DNA of 64,000 nt, from assembly GCA_032718475.1 (NCBI GenBank), contig JAUCBJ010001165.1, positions 13,460-77,459 on the forward strand. The letters run 5' to 3'. The notes beneath the pieces are model-generated. The model worked only from the letters and a program-made list of their open reading frames with translations, did not search any database and had not been told where the DNA came from. This DNA is from Nemertoderma westbladi (Eukaryota; Animalia; Xenacoelomorpha). Shown one piece after another: positions 59,936 through 64,000 of the stretch; position 1 is the first letter of the stretch, and each line of letters starts with the position of its first letter. The translations under genes and the position numbers were made by a program.

Positions 59936-60218
59936 ATCTGAACAATCTGAGCAGACTTACACGTCTTCAGCTCAATATTAACTTACTAGTAAATAAAACC
60001 GACAGAAATAAGTAGAATCTCAATAAAAAATCAGGGCTGCAGTCCCCGATTAAGTTCTAAGACCTACCGGTATACAATAATCAAAATCGAATAATACTAA
60101 TGTACTTATACAGCAGTACCGGTTATGACAGTTGGGCCTACTGACCTACAGAAGTACCGGTTCAGGTTTACCGGTCGACCGGTACTTAGCAACCTTATTG
60201 CCTACTGCAATAAGATCA

Positions 60219-60229
60219 ATAACTGTTAT
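60219..60229 (-). promoter_or_regulatory. Non-tRNA primer-binding site of C (sense ATAACAGTTAT)
   Basis: Abuts the 5' LTR; exact inverted complement at 60999-61009. Confidence 0.75.
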
Positions 60230-61428
60230 TGTACGCGCTTTTGGAGACCTTTAGCAGTTTAACCTGCCAAAATTTATATGTCTTTAGTTGGTAAATTGAC
60301 TTTATAAGATGACAAGATTTAATACAAAATAAACACAACATTAGCCGAAGCCAGCCTGTGCGCGTTCATTCACCCGATGGTTACACCCGGGAGACTGGAT
60401 TCGTATGCTTAGATTTATTGCAGTGAAGCCTACATGTATTATTCGATTGATCACTAATATATAATCTCTGGCAAATATTATTCACTTTCGGGAAATATTA
60501 GCAGTTCCTTTAGGACGTGGCGCTCTATCTATGTAAACAGAGCTATGACTTATACTACACACAACGATATGGCTTAGAATTCACGTATGAGACGCATTCT
60601 TTAGGAAATGCTTAGTTATCAATCACAATCACAATCATACACACTACCGCTACCGCACAATACTGCTCACTGGTTTGCCGACAGTTACTGACTTTGATCA
60701 CGTATAAAGAGAACAGCAATTGACTCATGTAGTGGCTACCAAATAGCATTATATTCACTACAAACCACGATAATATAAGTCGCAATTGTTATATATAGCC
60801 TGTCTCTCTAACCTGTAGTGCATCAAGAAAATTGGGAAATTTGGGTTATTTGTTGATATTCTCCAAATAATAACATCCAACTAACTGACACAAATAATTA
60901 CAAACAGTAAAAGCAGTAAGACGGTAGGTTAAGATATGATACAATATAAAAAGTGACTCGACCGAGTTGGAACGATGCGATATGATCGATAAGATAAGAT
61001 AACAGTTATACGCTCTATAATCTAAGCATACTAATGTTTCTTATAAAGTCAGAAAACGAATTGATTCTATAGCCGGTGTTCCTGGCCTAGAATAAACCAA
61101 CACACTGAACGATGATAGGAAAAAACTATATGAATACCAGCTACCCTTATTTTACAAAGGATCCCACCCACCACAGAGAATGAGCATATAGATAGGAAAA
61201 TCAGTTCAGTAGATCTGTGATAGGTCAAAATCAAAATCAACTCAAATCCTATTGGCAGATACAGAAAGCAGGGCTATGGGGCAACCTTCCTACAGGGAAG
61301 AGCAAATCAGCCAATCAACAGGTAGATTGTACCATTCAAGCTAGAGATCCTTTTTTAGAGTATTCCAGCGTCTGGGGGGAACTGGTTAGCAAGGCAAACG
61401 AATCAGTTATCCCACAAAAGCTTTTACA
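60230..61428 (-). repeat. 5' LTR of element C
   Basis: Direct repeat of 43101-44273. Confidence 0.96.
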
Positions 61429-61670
61429 CAGCGTTTCTAACTTTACATTGCAGTGCGACAATATTTCGCATTATGTCCCTACGCCATACATTTTACGATG
61501 TATGTCCACCAGTATATCCAGTTTGTCACCGCGTCATTATTATGTTGTTCTAGAAAGTTTAAGTGCATAATTGCAAATAATTCCCCACAAATAAATATAA
61601 TTATATCGATTCGCCATTGTTCATAATTATTACTACTTTTTGTTGGGCACAGCTTTGCAAAGACGGCAAT

Positions 61671-61743
61671 GACGTCCAAGTGGGATCGAACTGGTGACCT
61701 CCGGGCTAGAAGTCTGTCACTCTAACCATTCAGCTAGCGGCTC
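61671..61743 (-). mobile_element. tRNA-derived SINE head or tRNA pseudogene (Arg-TCT-like)
   Basis: Minus strand GAGCCGCTAGCTGAATGGTTAGAGTGACAGACTTCTAGCCCGGAGGTCACCAGTTCGATCCCACTTGGACGTC has A box (TAGCTGAATGG) and B box (GTTCGATCC) at tRNA spacing, but the stems pair poorly. Confidence 0.7.
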
Positions 61744-62543
61744 AGGTAAAAGATAGACCTGGAAATACTACCTGATACCTTGTATATCCGCAATTTACTG
61801 TACCTCTTCATGGACTCAACCGTACTGTAGGTACTTAGCCGTCTTTAACCACTTCCAATCACAACCGCAAATGAAGGGGTAGTGTATATTAAACATAAAC
61901 CATCACGGCTACAATGATTAACTATACACTCTACAGTAACTAAGTACTAATTTTATGTATTATTATAATTTGTATATTTCTATAGCGCCAAATTTACATG
62001 AAAACACCCTGTGGTGCTGAAACTTATTTTCAACTCTTAAGTTTCGATTTAAAAAGTTCAAAGCCGTCCATCTATTCTTTCTGGTAATTCGTTCCTAAAA
62101 CTACAATTAGAACATCACAGATTGCAGGGCAGTCACGTATATTTAAATCAAACCAAACCTAAGCAGTGAAACTATATCAAATTTGAGGGGCGAGTCAAAA
62201 CTGCGAGCCATCAGCGAAATGTTATAATTATATTATGGCCGTTTTCTAAAAGTCTCTGCGGTCGGGTGTCTGTGTCAGTGTGTGTGTCGGAAGTCATAAT
62301 TGTCGAAATCCAGAGATATAACTAGCCATAGTCCTTACTACGATCAGTTTGACAAGTATGTATGTACTGCCTATCACTATGACTGACTGCTGATCTTGTG
62401 TCTGACGTCTGCTTATACTGCTGCAGTGTGGTATAAACCGGTAATGGTTCACGTTTACGTTCACCGGTCCGGTTAGTTGCTACAATACAAAACTAAACTA
62501 CTCCATCTAAACTGTTAACATCCTTCGCCTATACAGAGCCGAG

Positions 62544-63472
62544 ATGAGTAAGCCTAAGGACTCTCGAGGGAAGCAATCGCTTGCGAAGTCCAAATCGACC
62601 TATAGCGTACCGTACTTCCGATACAAAACAACCCTGGTACCGTATCTTCCGACGAAGAAGAATGCGTTGTCGCGTCGACATTCGATTCTCCAGGTAATTC
62701 CCTTGCTGATACAGGCCTCTCTGTAAGTGACCAAAAATTTGTCAATATAATTACCAAGCAAATTCGTACAGAAATGGCTCATCAGTTCTCCCAAAACAAC
62801 AAAGGTATCAGTCGTCAAATAAACGATTTAGTTACATCTGTTGACTTTACTAACTCCCAACTGGAACAACTTTCTGACCACATAACCGGTAAACTAGCTA
62901 AATTTAGCTCGAGGTTAGATAGCTCCGATAAGGTCATTATTAGTGACCGCATTATTCAACGTAAGTGGAACCTAATTATATACGGTTTGGAGTCTAAAGG
63001 TACCGGTAACGAACCTAACAAAGTAACTAAATCTCTCTCCTCGAATCTCGCTATGTCGGTTGGTATTAGCTCCAACCAGCCTTTAGCAGCTTGTCATCGC
63101 CTTTCTTCTGGACCAAAGGCCCCAGTTATTGCTCGCTTCATTTGTCTCGATGACATACAGGAGTGGTTTGGCAAAATAGCGGTTCTTGGTAAATTAAACC
63201 CTCCGATTACAATTTCTCGTGATCTCCCATCGGAACTCTTGCCTATTCGCAAAGACTTACTCCAATTAAAGAGATCCATGTCGCCCGAAACCCGCAAAAC
63301 AACCCATCTAATAATTGATCATCGATCATACCCATTCATTTACTTGAAATGTAAAGACGGATTTGTAACCACATCGAATCTAATACCGGAAATTCCATCT
63401 ATCGCCTCAATCCCCGAAACAACATCCGCTGCGAAGTCTATTCGTGGCAGGGGACAAGGACGCGGGAAGTAA
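62544..63472 (+). pseudogene. LINE (CR1/L2/L1-type) ORF1-like protein remnant: coiled coil plus RRM-like domain, frameshifted
   Basis: QRKWNLIIYGL, ACHRL, PVIARF and ITISRDLP motifs after a heptad region; basic N-terminal piece 62544-62726 is in another frame; no ORF2 visible downstream. Confidence 0.7.
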
Positions 63473-63689
63473 TCGAGAAATCGACCTCGCCAACCTCTAT
63501 AACGAGACTCATCTCGTGACCTCACGCGCTGCTCAACAAGTTTGGGATCATTTAAAACCTTTATATAACAATCTTTGGTTCGCCAAATTCTCTACGTCTA
63601 TAATTACAAGGTTTATTTTCTAGATTCTAGATTTTTCTATCTCCTGTAAATTTTTAGTCCAATTGTAGAGATGATTTCTGTAATATTCA

Positions 63690-63930
63690 TTTAGTATTAT
63701 TCAGTTGTATTATTATTCAGTTAGCAAATTTTTATATTCAGTGTAATTGGAGAGATAATTTTTTCTAATTGGAGAGATTATTTTCGTAATATCCAGTCTA
63801 ATTGGAGAGATAATTGTTGTAACATTCAGTCTAATTTCTATTTAGAGAAATAATTTTTTATATTTGGAATTACAATTTTTGTAATATGTGAGTCTAATTG
63901 GAGAGATACTTTTTTCGAATTGGAGAGATA
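63690..63930. repeat. Degenerate short repeat (TAATTGGAGAGAT / ATTCAGT motifs)
   Basis: AATTGGAGAGAT occurs 5 times with irregular spacing. Confidence 0.7.
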
Positions 63931-64000
63931 AGAAGTATCAAGCCAACGACCTACCAAGATATTTTTTTAAGCAACTTTATTTTCCTACGGTATAATTCAA

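Larger units (their letters stand above)
43101..61428 (-). mobile_element. BEL/Pao LTR retrotransposon C, full length (18.3 kb) with nonsense and frameshift lesions
   Basis: TGT...ACA ends; TSD CAGCG (43096-43100 / 61429-61433); LTRs differ by about 7 substitutions (by eye) and a 26-bp indel; colinear with B. Confidence 0.97.

Noticed and set aside
61671-61743. Functional tRNA gene
   Set aside because: Acceptor, anticodon and T stems do not pair properly; more consistent with a SINE head or pseudogene.

Overview
AT-rich eukaryotic (probably invertebrate) repeat-rich DNA dominated by three related, unusually large BEL/Pao LTR retrotransposons. Element A (1190-35081, minus strand, internally deleted) sits in a 38-bp satellite. 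It carries a piggyBac-type non-autonomous element in its 3' LTR and the young element B (15781-34708, plus strand, intact 2759-aa gag-pol) in its 5' LTR. Element C (43101-61428, minus strand) is full length but mutated. Two features of the family stand out. First, there is no tRNA primer-binding site: the 11 nt right after the 5' LTR are exactly complementary to an 11-nt motif about 780 nt upstream inside the LTR, and the two co-vary between copies, which suggests Tf1-like self-primed reverse transcription. Second, in place of env there is a ~1417-aa extra ORF with a DEDDy/RNase D-like exonuclease fold, zinc knuckles and a basic tail. Outside the elements are an intronless membrane-anchored fibrinogen-domain ORF, several minisatellites, a CRE-like non-LTR fragment, a tRNA-derived SINE head and a LINE ORF1-like remnant. 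All domain calls are by eye from motifs; no database searches were run.
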